64,000 nucleotides of DNA from Planctomycetales bacterium (GTDB taxonomy: Bacteria > 4484-113), in contig JBBIRS010000005.1 of assembly GCA_037441675.1 (NCBI GenBank), positions 43,648 to 107,647 on the forward strand, written 5' to 3'. Made by a program: the position numbers and the translations under genes. A model generated the notes under the pieces. The model was not told where the DNA came from. It saw only the letters and a list, made by a program, of their open reading frames with translations, and ran no database searches. Below, piece after piece: positions 1 through 8,337 of this stretch (position 1 is its first letter; each line of letters opens with the position of its first letter).

Positions 1-417
1 TTCAAAGCAGAACAAGCCGAGCAGGTGGGTTTGGAAAAACAAAGGTAAAAAGTAGCAAGAGAGAGTTTCCCTCTCGACAAGATCTGCTCCCGGAGAAAGT
101 TTTCTAATATCATCAGCCAGTATGAACTTTGTTCTGTGTGAAATTTGCCCGAGAATAAATTCAGCAACTGGACTGTCTAAGCCGATTTTATCTCCACGTT
201 TTACGCCTGTCTTTACTGTTCCTTGCATATAGTCGCAGTAGAAACTACTATCTGAGGAAGAATATTTCCAAAAGGTCATTTTCTTAGCAGAGAGAATATC
301 CGTTGCTACTTCATATAGTATGTTAAACGCCGGAGCGTAGGACTGCGAACCATTGGTCTCACGTATTACCCTAGCTGTGAAAGCACTCAATTTCGCTTCT
401 AGCTCTGATTCTTTCAT
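1..417 (-). CDS. Partial CDS running off the left edge; N-terminal GAF-like sensor domain (signal transduction protein)
   Basis: Not in the ORF track. Manual translation from ATG 417 is open to base 1: MKESELEAKLSAFTARVIRE...SCYFLPLFFQTHLLGLFCFE, whose end resembles the GAF-type 'lPl...llG' strand pair. GAGGGG RBS and TGtTAAAAT -10 lie upstream. Confidence 0.65.
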   Translation of the reverse strand, partial: MKESELEAKLSAFTARVIRETNGSQSYAPAFNILYEVATDILSAKKMTFWKYSSSDSSFYCDYMQGTVKTGVKRGDKIGLDSPVAEFILGQISHRTKFILADDIRKLSPGADLVERETLSCYFLPLFFQTHLLGLFCFE

Positions 418-531
418 TTCCCCTCTTTTAGATTTTAACATATGAGTAATTTGGGCAAAATTTCTTCAAAGATTTCATAAGAGTTCCCGCATATCTGAAG
501 ATTAAGAAGTTGATAGAATTAAATCGTAGTT

Positions 532-1845
532 ATGAGAGCAAATTTTCTCGCCTTTCAGCTTGCCTATTTCCTTATCATTTTTGTTTTTCCAAGTAGCTCA
601 TTATCCGTTTACTACATAAGCGATGATTTTTCTGGAAAGATAAAGTATTTCTACGAAGGAGACATTGACGCTTCTCACTTCAAGTATTTACAAGAGGATA
701 GGATGTATGAGATTGATGGACTTCAGTCTGATACTAACAGCGTTGCTTCGCTAATTGATAGCTTTGCTAGCTATGAGGTAACGCTGGAAGTTCAAATTGC
801 GGAAATAGGAAAAGTAGAGGGAGGATATGCGGGCTTAGCTTTTTATTTTAGGGAGACTGAGAAAGGAGCGTCTTTCTACTCATTCTTGATTTTTTCGGAC
901 GGATATTTTGCAATCTCACAGGTTGAGGAGGGTCAGGGTCGGCGGTATCTTGTGCCGCTGAGAAGGACTGAACTTATCAATCCTTTTGGCTTCAACGAGC
1001 TTAGGCTGAAAGTGAGTGATGGCATTGGTGGGGCTTACATAAATGGTACTTTTGTGTCCACCTTTGATTATCCAAAGGATGCGTCAGGCGGTGTGGGAAT
1101 GCTGGCAGGTTCTCACACATTAGCCAGATTTAGAAATTTCAAATGGCAGGTTTTTGACGAGCTTAAGCCCGGTGATTTTTCCGGACCATTTGGGCTTATT
1201 CCAGCCTCTCGTATTGATGTTCTCTTCCGGGATGACTTTCAATTTCCTAACTGGAAGGTTGGTAAAGTTAACTTCGCCTCAATGTCCTATAGGGGCGATC
1301 GTTATGTTCTCAATAATCTTAGAGGAACTCATTTACTCACCTCCTACCTGTTGGGCGAGAGGGTGGATGATTTCGTTCTTTCAGCGGTTTTCTCTAGTGT
1401 AGAGGGTAGCAGTGCAAACGGTTTTGGTGTCGCCTTCTGCCTTAATGGATCAGATGATGCTCTCTCTTACATCGCCTTTGTAACCGCAAAGGATGGAACC
1501 TGGAAGTTATTTAAGCAGAGCGGAGATGTTAGTATGGATATTACTGATTGGCGGGATATTCCATTTGAGGTAGATTATGATGGCGCGGTTGTGTTAAGCG
1601 CCGGTTGCCTGCAAGTGAATGATAAGCTTATTCTTATTTTTGGAGTTAACGGAGAGCTCGTGGGACACACGGAACTTGCTAACTATGACTTTGGAGGCGG
1701 ATTTGGGCTGGTTATTGCCCCTAGAGTATCTGCGGAAGTAAGCTCCCTCACCCTCGTATCAATCAAAAATGCAAAAAATGAATTCTTAGAAGCCCTGAGA
1801 AGCGTAGTGGGTAACGAAAAAATTAAGACCGAAGAGGCATCCTGA
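532..1845 (+). CDS. Secreted hypothetical protein with two tandem ConA/LamG-like (DUF1080-like) beta-sandwich domains
   Basis: Signal peptide, then two similar units (DDF...G.AF...Y.F....DG...ING/VNG...GG.G). Confidence 0.6.
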   Translation: MRANFLAFQLAYFLIIFVFPSSSLSVYYISDDFSGKIKYFYEGDIDASHFKYLQEDRMYEIDGLQSDTNSVASLIDSFASYEVTLEVQIAEIGKVEGGYAGLAFYFRETEKGASFYSFLIFSDGYFAISQVEEGQGRRYLVPLRRTELINPFGFNELRLKVSDGIGGAYINGTFVSTFDYPKDASGGVGMLAGSHTLARFRNFKWQVFDELKPGDFSGPFGLIPASRIDVLFRDDFQFPNWKVGKVNFASMSYRGDRYVLNNLRGTHLLTSYLLGERVDDFVLSAVFSSVEGSSANGFGVAFCLNGSDDALSYIAFVTAKDGTWKLFKQSGDVSMDITDWRDIPFEVDYDGAVVLSAGCLQVNDKLILIFGVNGELVGHTELANYDFGGGFGLVIAPRVSAEVSSLTLVSIKNAKNEFLEALRSVVGNEKIKTEEAS

Positions 1846-1956
1846 ATCTATAATCTATGCTTGAAAACAGGTTAAATTGTGCTTATTTCATCTGAGATTT
1901 ATATCACGGTACTTTGTCTATTATGTATACTTCTTAAGGTTTTATCAGGAGTAGGT

Positions 1957-2553
1957 ATGAAAGGGTTTTTAGCCCTATTTGGGATAATTTTGTTAACTTC
2001 CATATTTCTGGCTGAAGCGAGTTTTTCGCAGGAGATTAACTCTGGTAGCGATAGCCTATTCACTTTAGAGCAACTTATAAACTCTGACTACAAGCCGATT
2101 CTGGTGAATTTTGACACTGATAAGGGTTCATTTCTAATTGCAGTTTATCCTGATATTGCGCCTATCTCAAGTGAGAACTTTCTCCGTCTTGTTCAGGAAG
2201 GTTTCTATGACGAAATAGTGGTGCACCGAGTGGTCGCAGAGTTTGTGATGCAGGCTGGAGAAATAAAGGAAGGCAGTAAGAAGAGTAAGCTTCTAAGAAC
2301 TATCAAGGATGAGCCTACTAAAGTTCACCATGAACCGGGGACGGTGTCTTTTGCCAAGCTGTACGATGTGGAGAAGAAGGAATACATCCCTGATTCAGCA
2401 GAGGCGCAGTTCTTCATCAATTTGGGTCATAACGAGAGATTGGATGCTAACTTTACCGTATTTGGGTACGTCTTTTGGGGAATGGAAGTTGTCAGGGAGA
2501 TTGAAGTTGGCGATAGGATATTGCGCGCCTATATAGTTAACGAGCTTCTGTGA
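1957..2553 (+). CDS. Exported cyclophilin-type peptidyl-prolyl isomerase
   Basis: APISSENF, GFYD, HRVV..FVMQAG, QFFINL and FTVFG motifs. Start moved to ATG 1957 (GGAG RBS). Confidence 0.9.
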   Translation: MKGFLALFGIILLTSIFLAEASFSQEINSGSDSLFTLEQLINSDYKPILVNFDTDKGSFLIAVYPDIAPISSENFLRLVQEGFYDEIVVHRVVAEFVMQAGEIKEGSKKSKLLRTIKDEPTKVHHEPGTVSFAKLYDVEKKEYIPDSAEAQFFINLGHNERLDANFTVFGYVFWGMEVVREIEVGDRILRAYIVNELL

Positions 2554-2629
2554 TATGGATGTTTGCCTCAGAAGGAAGGCAAAAGGGTAGGAGGTGCTTG
2601 GCAGTTCCGAGAGGATGCGAAGTTGAACT

Positions 2630-3175
2630 ATGGATTCTAACAGACAAACATTGAAAAGCGAGCTTGTATCTTTGTTATACCGTGGTGGTGACTATATTTC
2701 GGCTGAGAGGATTTGCGAATACTTTGGTGTTGATGCGAAGGTTCTAAGGGAAGTGGTCGAGGAATTAAGGCAAAGCCTCAATCCTCTTGGTTTAGAAATA
2801 GTCTTTAGCGCAGGTGGATATAGGCTTACAACACATCCACGCGTTTTCCATACGATTCGTTCGTTCTTCGCGGAATTGAGGGAGACTACGCTTAGTCATC
2901 AAGCGCTAGAGGTGCTTGCGATTATTGCTTACAAGCAACCAATTACTCGCGCAGAAATTGAGGAAATAAGACAGGTGAGTTCTGAGAGCGTAATTAAATC
3001 TTTGCTTGCTAAAAGGCTCATAAGAGTGAAGGGTAGGGCGATGGCGCCCGGTCGTCCGTTCCTTTATGTTTCCACCAATCACTTCCTGGAAACATTTGGG
3101 CTTGCTTCCTTGGATGAACTTCCGAGGCTGGAGTTCAGGGAACTTGAGGAGAGGTTCACGGATATTCCAAAGTAG
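2630..3175 (+). CDS. scpB: SMC-Scp complex subunit ScpB
   Basis: GGYRL.T, LS.QALEVLAIIAYKQPITRAEIEEIR and PGRPFLY..T..FLE.FGL motifs. Confidence 0.95.
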   Translation: MDSNRQTLKSELVSLLYRGGDYISAERICEYFGVDAKVLREVVEELRQSLNPLGLEIVFSAGGYRLTTHPRVFHTIRSFFAELRETTLSHQALEVLAIIAYKQPITRAEIEEIRQVSSESVIKSLLAKRLIRVKGRAMAPGRPFLYVSTNHFLETFGLASLDELPRLEFRELEERFTDIPK

Positions 3176-3237
3176 AAAGTGGGGTCGTAGAATCAACTAA
3201 TAAATTCAGCATTAATTCCTCAATTTAGAGGTAGCTG

Positions 3238-4569
3238 TTATTTTGAGTTGAGCGGTCTTTCCTCCAGGGTTACGACAACTTCTTGAAGAACACCGTCGCG
3301 CTCAAAAACTATATGAACGCTGTCACCGGGGGATAAATCCTTGAGCAGTTCGGAGTATGTTTTCAAGTCAGTAACTTCTTTTCCTGCAAGCTTTCTTATA
3401 ATGTCGTTTGCTTTAAGCCCTGCCCTTTCAGCGGGACTACCCGGGACAACTCCGGAGATTATCACTCCTCCCTTAACCACGTTGGAAAAATCGGGAATGG
3501 TTCCAAGAAACGCTCTCCTTTTGCCATTTCCGGCGGGGGCGGTTGCGGATGGGGAGAGTGGTCGAAAGGTAAAGCTTGCATCCTCAGGAATGGCTTTGAG
3601 CAGATTAAAGAGAAGATTGCTAACTTTCACTAAGAAAAGATATTCAACCTTCTCCCAGGTATCGGTCGGACGATGGTAGGTTAATGGCGCTCCGCCGAAT
3701 AAAAATACAAATGGTATTTGAGCTTCGTGAAATACAAAATGGTCTCCAGCTTCCCAGCCATGCTCCATATTTTGAACGGTGATGGGGGAGTTTGACTGTC
3801 TAACTAGCTCCTCTATCATAGAGAGCATTCTCTTGGTTCCTTGGTTTTTTGTATTTATATCCGCACCAGAGGCAATATATAAAGTGTCATTTACTGGCGC
3901 TCCGATTGTATCCAAATTTACTACCATCAGGGGATGCGAGTAAATGAGAATGCCGGAAGAGTTTTTTAGAAATGCCCTCGCACCCTCTAGCCCTTCTTCC
4001 TCCATATCCGAAAAGAGAAAGACGATTGGGAAGTTAATCTCTTCCGATGAATTATCCAAAGAGAGTCTGCGCGCCAGAGCTAGGAGGGTTGCCACTCCAC
4101 TTGCATTATCATTTGCACCGGGAAATGTCTCCCAGCTTCCGTCATCCTTGCGCATCTTTCCCAGATGGTCGTAATGGGCAGAAAGCAAGATGTAGCCTTT
4201 ATCAAAGGAAGTTCTTGGAGGCGCCCAATATCCAATTAAATTCTTCCCTGTTCGAAACTCTCTCTTTTCGCCATTCTTGTCCTTGCCCCGGACAAGAAAG
4301 AAGCTAAAGTAATCCTTCGGGTTATCCCTTGATATTGGGCTTATAGGTTTAATTCCAAAATCCAACAGATTTTTCGCAATGAAGTTTGCGGAGAACCTGC
4401 TACCCAAGCTCCCGCTCTTTCTGCCTTCTAAGTTCCTTGAAGAGAGATATTTTACAACCTGAAGAAGAAACTCATCACCATCGGAATTGGCGTTCGCTTG
4501 ACGGTAGGATTTTAGGGTTAAAGCCAAGGCGAGAAAGATTAAGCAGGTTAGGGCGAAATATTTCCTCAT
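3238..4569 (-). CDS. Exported M28 family peptidase with C-terminal PDZ domain
   Basis: SAHYDHLG, GANDNASG, EEEGL.G, NLDTIG and YH.PTD motifs; PDZ motif GSPAERAGLK..DII. Confidence 0.9.
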   Translation of the reverse strand: MRKYFALTCLIFLALALTLKSYRQANANSDGDEFLLQVVKYLSSRNLEGRKSGSLGSRFSANFIAKNLLDFGIKPISPISRDNPKDYFSFFLVRGKDKNGEKREFRTGKNLIGYWAPPRTSFDKGYILLSAHYDHLGKMRKDDGSWETFPGANDNASGVATLLALARRLSLDNSSEEINFPIVFLFSDMEEEGLEGARAFLKNSSGILIYSHPLMVVNLDTIGAPVNDTLYIASGADINTKNQGTKRMLSMIEELVRQSNSPITVQNMEHGWEAGDHFVFHEAQIPFVFLFGGAPLTYHRPTDTWEKVEYLFLVKVSNLLFNLLKAIPEDASFTFRPLSPSATAPAGNGKRRAFLGTIPDFSNVVKGGVIISGVVPGSPAERAGLKANDIIRKLAGKEVTDLKTYSELLKDLSPGDSVHIVFERDGVLQEVVVTLEERPLNSK

Positions 4570-5480
4570 AATTGGCGCCTAAGAGAGAAAATGAGGGGAG
4601 TAATTGCCAGTAACATAGTCACCAAAAAGCCGATAAGGATTAGCCAAGCCATTAATTTATTTGAGATTCTTCCCGTTTTTCTAACAGATGGAGTGAAGTA
4701 AAACTGGTCAACTCGCAGAAGGATAATCGAGCCGAAGTAGATAAGAAGCAGTTCAGAGGCGGTATCGGTGAAACTATTGCCTACAGGCCAACCACCCCAA
4801 GCGTGTTGTATCCCACTAGTAACGGCGGAGATGTACATTGAGATTGGAACAGCTCCTAGAAAGAAGGAGAGCCAACCCCAGCGAAGACTCTGATGAGCCT
4901 TATTGGTGGTGGCATTTTGCGCTAGGTCTCCCATTCTACCAAATAGTATTAAAGAGGCATAGTACAAAGAGTGAAAAAGAAAGATTAGAGCTCCTAATAT
5001 AAACATAAACTTTGAGGCAAGAATTGAGGGGTTAATTTGCCTCTCCCATTTCGTAGTAAAAAGTGGATTTCTCGGGGCGTTGCTGGGAATGTTCGCTGTA
5101 GTTCCTTCAGTGTCAAAGATGGTAATATACCACTCCATCACTTCAGAGATGCCCAGGGCAGGAAGTTCGCCTACCCAATACGCGCCACGGTTCACCTGTT
5201 TCATGGAAGTGGAACGAAAAACCTGTTCACCTCTGTGTCTAAATCGTATTTCCGCCCTTTCTATCTCCGCTCCTCTATTTGATTGAAATGAGCCACTTAC
5301 GAGCAAGTTGTTTCCAACCCTTTCAATCCTTTTAATTTCTACCGAGTAACTAATTGGCAGTCTTGGGTCGTTCTGGGACGCCACTTTGGGGGTCAAAATT
5401 AAAGTGATGAAATAGTATAAAATGACCGCAGACAGGGCTACAACAGTTGATATAATCCACTTTTGCCTTTTAACTGGCAT
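4566..5480 (-). CDS. Membrane protein: N-terminal anchor, extracytoplasmic beta domain, about 4 C-terminal TM helices
   Basis: 304-aa ORF with this hydrophobicity pattern; 4-bp overlap with the M28 peptidase gene. Confidence 0.7.
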   Translation of the reverse strand: MPVKRQKWIISTVVALSAVILYYFITLILTPKVASQNDPRLPISYSVEIKRIERVGNNLLVSGSFQSNRGAEIERAEIRFRHRGEQVFRSTSMKQVNRGAYWVGELPALGISEVMEWYITIFDTEGTTANIPSNAPRNPLFTTKWERQINPSILASKFMFILGALIFLFHSLYYASLILFGRMGDLAQNATTNKAHQSLRWGWLSFFLGAVPISMYISAVTSGIQHAWGGWPVGNSFTDTASELLLIYFGSIILLRVDQFYFTPSVRKTGRISNKLMAWLILIGFLVTMLLAITPLIFSLRRQL

Positions 5481-5489
5481 ACCCCCTAT

Positions 5490-5762
5490 TTATTCTTTCC
5501 CTTGACTTTCATTAGGTTTGGAAATTTTATCAATTTCTTCCTTTGCACGTAAAGACCAGTATCCCTCAGGTTCAGCTTCCAAATAATAACTGAAAAAGGC
5601 TTTCGCAATTTGTAAGAGACCGATTGATTGAAATGCAAGTCCTAGATTGTAGAAAGCACCACTGTATGAGTTATCGTTCAAATATTCTTTTATAAGCTCG
5701 TAGATTGCCTCAGCCTGCCTACCCTCCTTTATTAAGGACTGAAACTTTTCGCATCGTGACAT
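5490..5762 (-). CDS. Small TPR-like protein
   Basis: AFYNLGLAFQSIG...AKAFFSYYLEAEP.G TPR pattern. Confidence 0.7.
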   Translation of the reverse strand: MSRCEKFQSLIKEGRQAEAIYELIKEYLNDNSYSGAFYNLGLAFQSIGLLQIAKAFFSYYLEAEPEGYWSLRAKEEIDKISKPNESQGKE

Positions 5763-6047
5763 TTAAGCTTTTGTCTCTTGATCCGAAATATCAGTGAAAT
5801 ATCCGACTATTCAGCCAATCTATTATAGAGGAATGCATTAAGGATGTATCTAATACTTCATCTTCTAGTTTCGAAAAATTGAATTTTCTATTGTGCTAAG
5901 AAGCCTAGTGGGAAAGATGCTCATATCCTAAATCGGCGGTAAAATAATATTTGTTAGGTTAAGGAACTTTTCTTTTAAGTAATAAGTCTAAGAATATGGC
6001 CAGCGACGTAAAGTTTCCAAAAAGATTCTAAAGGGAAGGGCAAAGGG

Positions 6048-7817
6048 ATGAAGCAAATAGCAATAAGCTTTTTTTCACTATTACTGATTGCCACGTTTCT
6101 TAAAGCGCCAGCAGTTGCAGTGCCTTCACTGATCACGGGTGTTGATTACGGCAGTTTTGAGGATGAGGAAGTCCTCGCTATTCGCCACACTGGCGATGTG
6201 ACCTTTGCAGACCGCGTTTTCTGGGATAAGGCGGCTAATGAATTAACCTTTCTCCTCGCAAATGCTACTTTGGATAAAATACTCGTGAGAAAACCAAAGC
6301 TAGCGCTATTACAGTCTGTGGAAGTTACTCCAGTTTCCGGCAAGAATCAAGCGCTACTGAAATTAAGGACTAGCGACCCTCAGCTTTTTGATGATAGAAG
6401 ATTTAGAGCATCTATTTACTCTAAGTATGTCCTTCTAGTGGAGATTTTTCTAAAGGACTATGGCAAGCCAGAACTTAGCAGTGGGAAAGGGAAACCAATT
6501 CATACTCAGAGAGAGAAGAAATTTCCCTCTAAGCCACTGAATCTGAACCTGGAACAGGAGATACTTGTAACTACGCCGGCAAACGAATTACTCCGACTTT
6601 TATCTGAAAGAGGAGAGATAGCCATTCCAACTGCTCTTACTATAGTTAATGAGGAGCTTGGCCAGATATCTACGGAACAAGGGAGAAGTGCTATAGAGAA
6701 GATAGCGGAAGAGAATTTAGTGAATGAAACTATCTTTGTGGGTAATAGCGAAAAGCTGAGAGAGATTAGGAGTATCTTGGCGCTCCTAGACAACGGGAAA
6801 GAAATATCGGAGAAAAATAGGAAAGAAAGCTTAGAGAAAAATAATAAAAACGAAGTTTCAGATAAAGCTTCATTTGAAGAGGAGAATGCTAAGAGAGAGG
6901 TGTCCTCTCTTTCCGCTAGGATTTATGACGAGGATTATCCACTTGAAAGGGAGGTGCCTTTAGCTCCTGATTACACCTATTTAAGGAACCAGCTATCTGA
7001 CATTTTAGTTGATCTGAACGCTGTGGGCGGGCTCAATCTTTACGGAACACTTATGCTTCTTTCACAGATCAGCGGAGTTTCTATAATTCTAGACCCATAC
7101 TTAGCGGATGAGCCCACCGGCAGTCGCAGGAAAACTAAGCTTGAACAACCAGGTGGTAGCGGAGATGGCGCTCCAGCTGGTTTTCGTGGTGCGGGCGAGT
7201 TTGCTCCCATAGATTTGAGTGGAGCTACTAATACTGTGATTGGAAATTTCAACCAAGTGCCCTTTGACCTTGCGCTAGAGATTATTCTAGAAGCCCACGA
7301 CCTTGACTATTTGGTCTTCTCCACACCTGAAAGCGATTTCACGAAACCGGTAATCCTAGTGAGTAGTAGGGAGAGAATTGAGCAGGAGATTAAGGGCGCT
7401 AATAAGATTGACTTCTACCAGCTCCATTACGCTGACCCAGTGGAGCTTTACAATATCCTTGATAGGATGGACTTGCTTCCATCTAGAGTTGCAGGGTGGT
7501 ATGTGTACACAGGTCGTGGCGGTGGCATATTCGGCGGTGGATTCGGTGGCGGATTTGGTGGAGCTCGAGGCGGAGGCATTGGAAGCGGAGCGGGAGGCGG
7601 TCGCATTGGTGGTTTTGGCGGTCTCCTTTCCGAGAGCATTGACCCATCTTCTCCTCATGTTTTTTACCTTCAGATGAACTCGGAGCGTAGGCAAGACCAA
7701 ATATCTCAGCTTATTCGACTCTCCAATAAGCGAAAGGACGTGGAAATTTTAGCTGTTAAATTTCCGCAAAGTGTTTCCCAGTCCGTTCCTTATAGGATGC
7801 TTGTTATTTTCCTCTAG
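6048..7817 (+). CDS. Exported protein resembling the N-terminal part of a PilQ/secretin (AMIN-like, N0/STN-like, N-domain start, Gly-rich tract) with no secretin barrel
   Basis: Signal peptide; NLYGTLMLLSQISGVSIILDP, NFNQVPFDLALEIIL and FYQLHYADPVELYNIL resemble secretin N-domains. Confidence 0.6.
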   Translation: MKQIAISFFSLLLIATFLKAPAVAVPSLITGVDYGSFEDEEVLAIRHTGDVTFADRVFWDKAANELTFLLANATLDKILVRKPKLALLQSVEVTPVSGKNQALLKLRTSDPQLFDDRRFRASIYSKYVLLVEIFLKDYGKPELSSGKGKPIHTQREKKFPSKPLNLNLEQEILVTTPANELLRLLSERGEIAIPTALTIVNEELGQISTEQGRSAIEKIAEENLVNETIFVGNSEKLREIRSILALLDNGKEISEKNRKESLEKNNKNEVSDKASFEEENAKREVSSLSARIYDEDYPLEREVPLAPDYTYLRNQLSDILVDLNAVGGLNLYGTLMLLSQISGVSIILDPYLADEPTGSRRKTKLEQPGGSGDGAPAGFRGAGEFAPIDLSGATNTVIGNFNQVPFDLALEIILEAHDLDYLVFSTPESDFTKPVILVSSRERIEQEIKGANKIDFYQLHYADPVELYNILDRMDLLPSRVAGWYVYTGRGGGIFGGGFGGGFGGARGGGIGSGAGGGRIGGFGGLLSESIDPSSPHVFYLQMNSERRQDQISQLIRLSNKRKDVEILAVKFPQSVSQSVPYRMLVIFL

Positions 7818-8081
7818 AAGCTAAGGCAATTATTCGTATTTGGAGAGATTGAACGCCATATCTATTGCATCTTTTGCATTACCATAACTAGTAAGTTGGC
7901 TATTTCGGGAACGGAAGGGGCATTGGCAGAAGCTCGGAAGTGATTTGACTTGCCCGATTTTTTTAGCAAATGCTAACCTTTTTTGCTTGGAAATTTCTCT
8001 CTCAGGCGTATTCTCTTAGGTGCAACTAGAAATAATTTTCAAGTGCCATATTTTTTATATAGACTTAGGGCAAGTCCGCAT

Positions 8082-8119
8082 AAAAAAAGCTAGGGGAGGG
8101 CTGGGGGCAACCCTCCCCT
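8082..8119 (-). terminator. Intrinsic terminator, probably also usable on the + strand
   Basis: AGGGGAGGG (8092-8100) / CCCTCCCCT (8111-8119) 9-bp stem; U7 tail on the minus strand (8082-8088), T4 on the plus strand. Confidence 0.8.
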
Positions 8120-8153
8120 TTTCTAGATAGGGGTGAGGGGGGTAGTGAGGGGT
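8082..8153 (-). ncRNA. Candidate ~72-nt C-rich small RNA
   Basis: Lies between a TTTACA-16-TATAAT promoter (with TG extension) and an intrinsic terminator; no ORF inside. Confidence 0.55.
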
Positions 8154-8159
8154 GATGAT

Positions 8160-8187
8160 ATTATAGCAGTTTTTCCTAGTTTGTAAA
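8160..8187 (-). promoter_or_regulatory. Sigma70-type promoter with extended -10
   Basis: TTTACA (8187-8182), 16 nt, TATAAT (8165-8160) preceded by TG-C. Confidence 0.65.
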
Positions 8188-8337
8188 GTTTAATAGTGAA
8201 AGCTTTTTATTTCGTTAATTTCATGCTTTTCTCTGGTAACGTTATTTGACTGCTAAAAAATGTTGTCTAGCCAAGATGATAGCTTGCTCAATCAAGTTCT
8301 TGTAAAATGAGATAGCAGTTTCTTTGCGGGGTAAGCA

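Noticed and set aside
5785..5803. GAAATATC direct repeat with 11-bp period upstream of the TPR gene
   Set aside because: Only two copies in AT-rich DNA and no matching sites noticed elsewhere; could be an operator but is unsupported.
7513..7622. GGT/GGC-rich repeats as a tandem array or CRISPR
   Set aside because: These are simply codons of a Gly-rich protein tract; there is no repeat-spacer structure.
7947..8076. 9-bp inverted repeat GACTTGCCC/GGGCAAGTC as MITE ends
   Set aside because: Short, single copy, no target-site duplication; compatible with chance.
8092..8337. pyrG poly-G reiterative-transcription attenuator
   Set aside because: The hairpin is over 200 nt upstream of pyrG, its best U-tail and promoter are on the opposite strand, and I saw no GGGC start with a matching leader.
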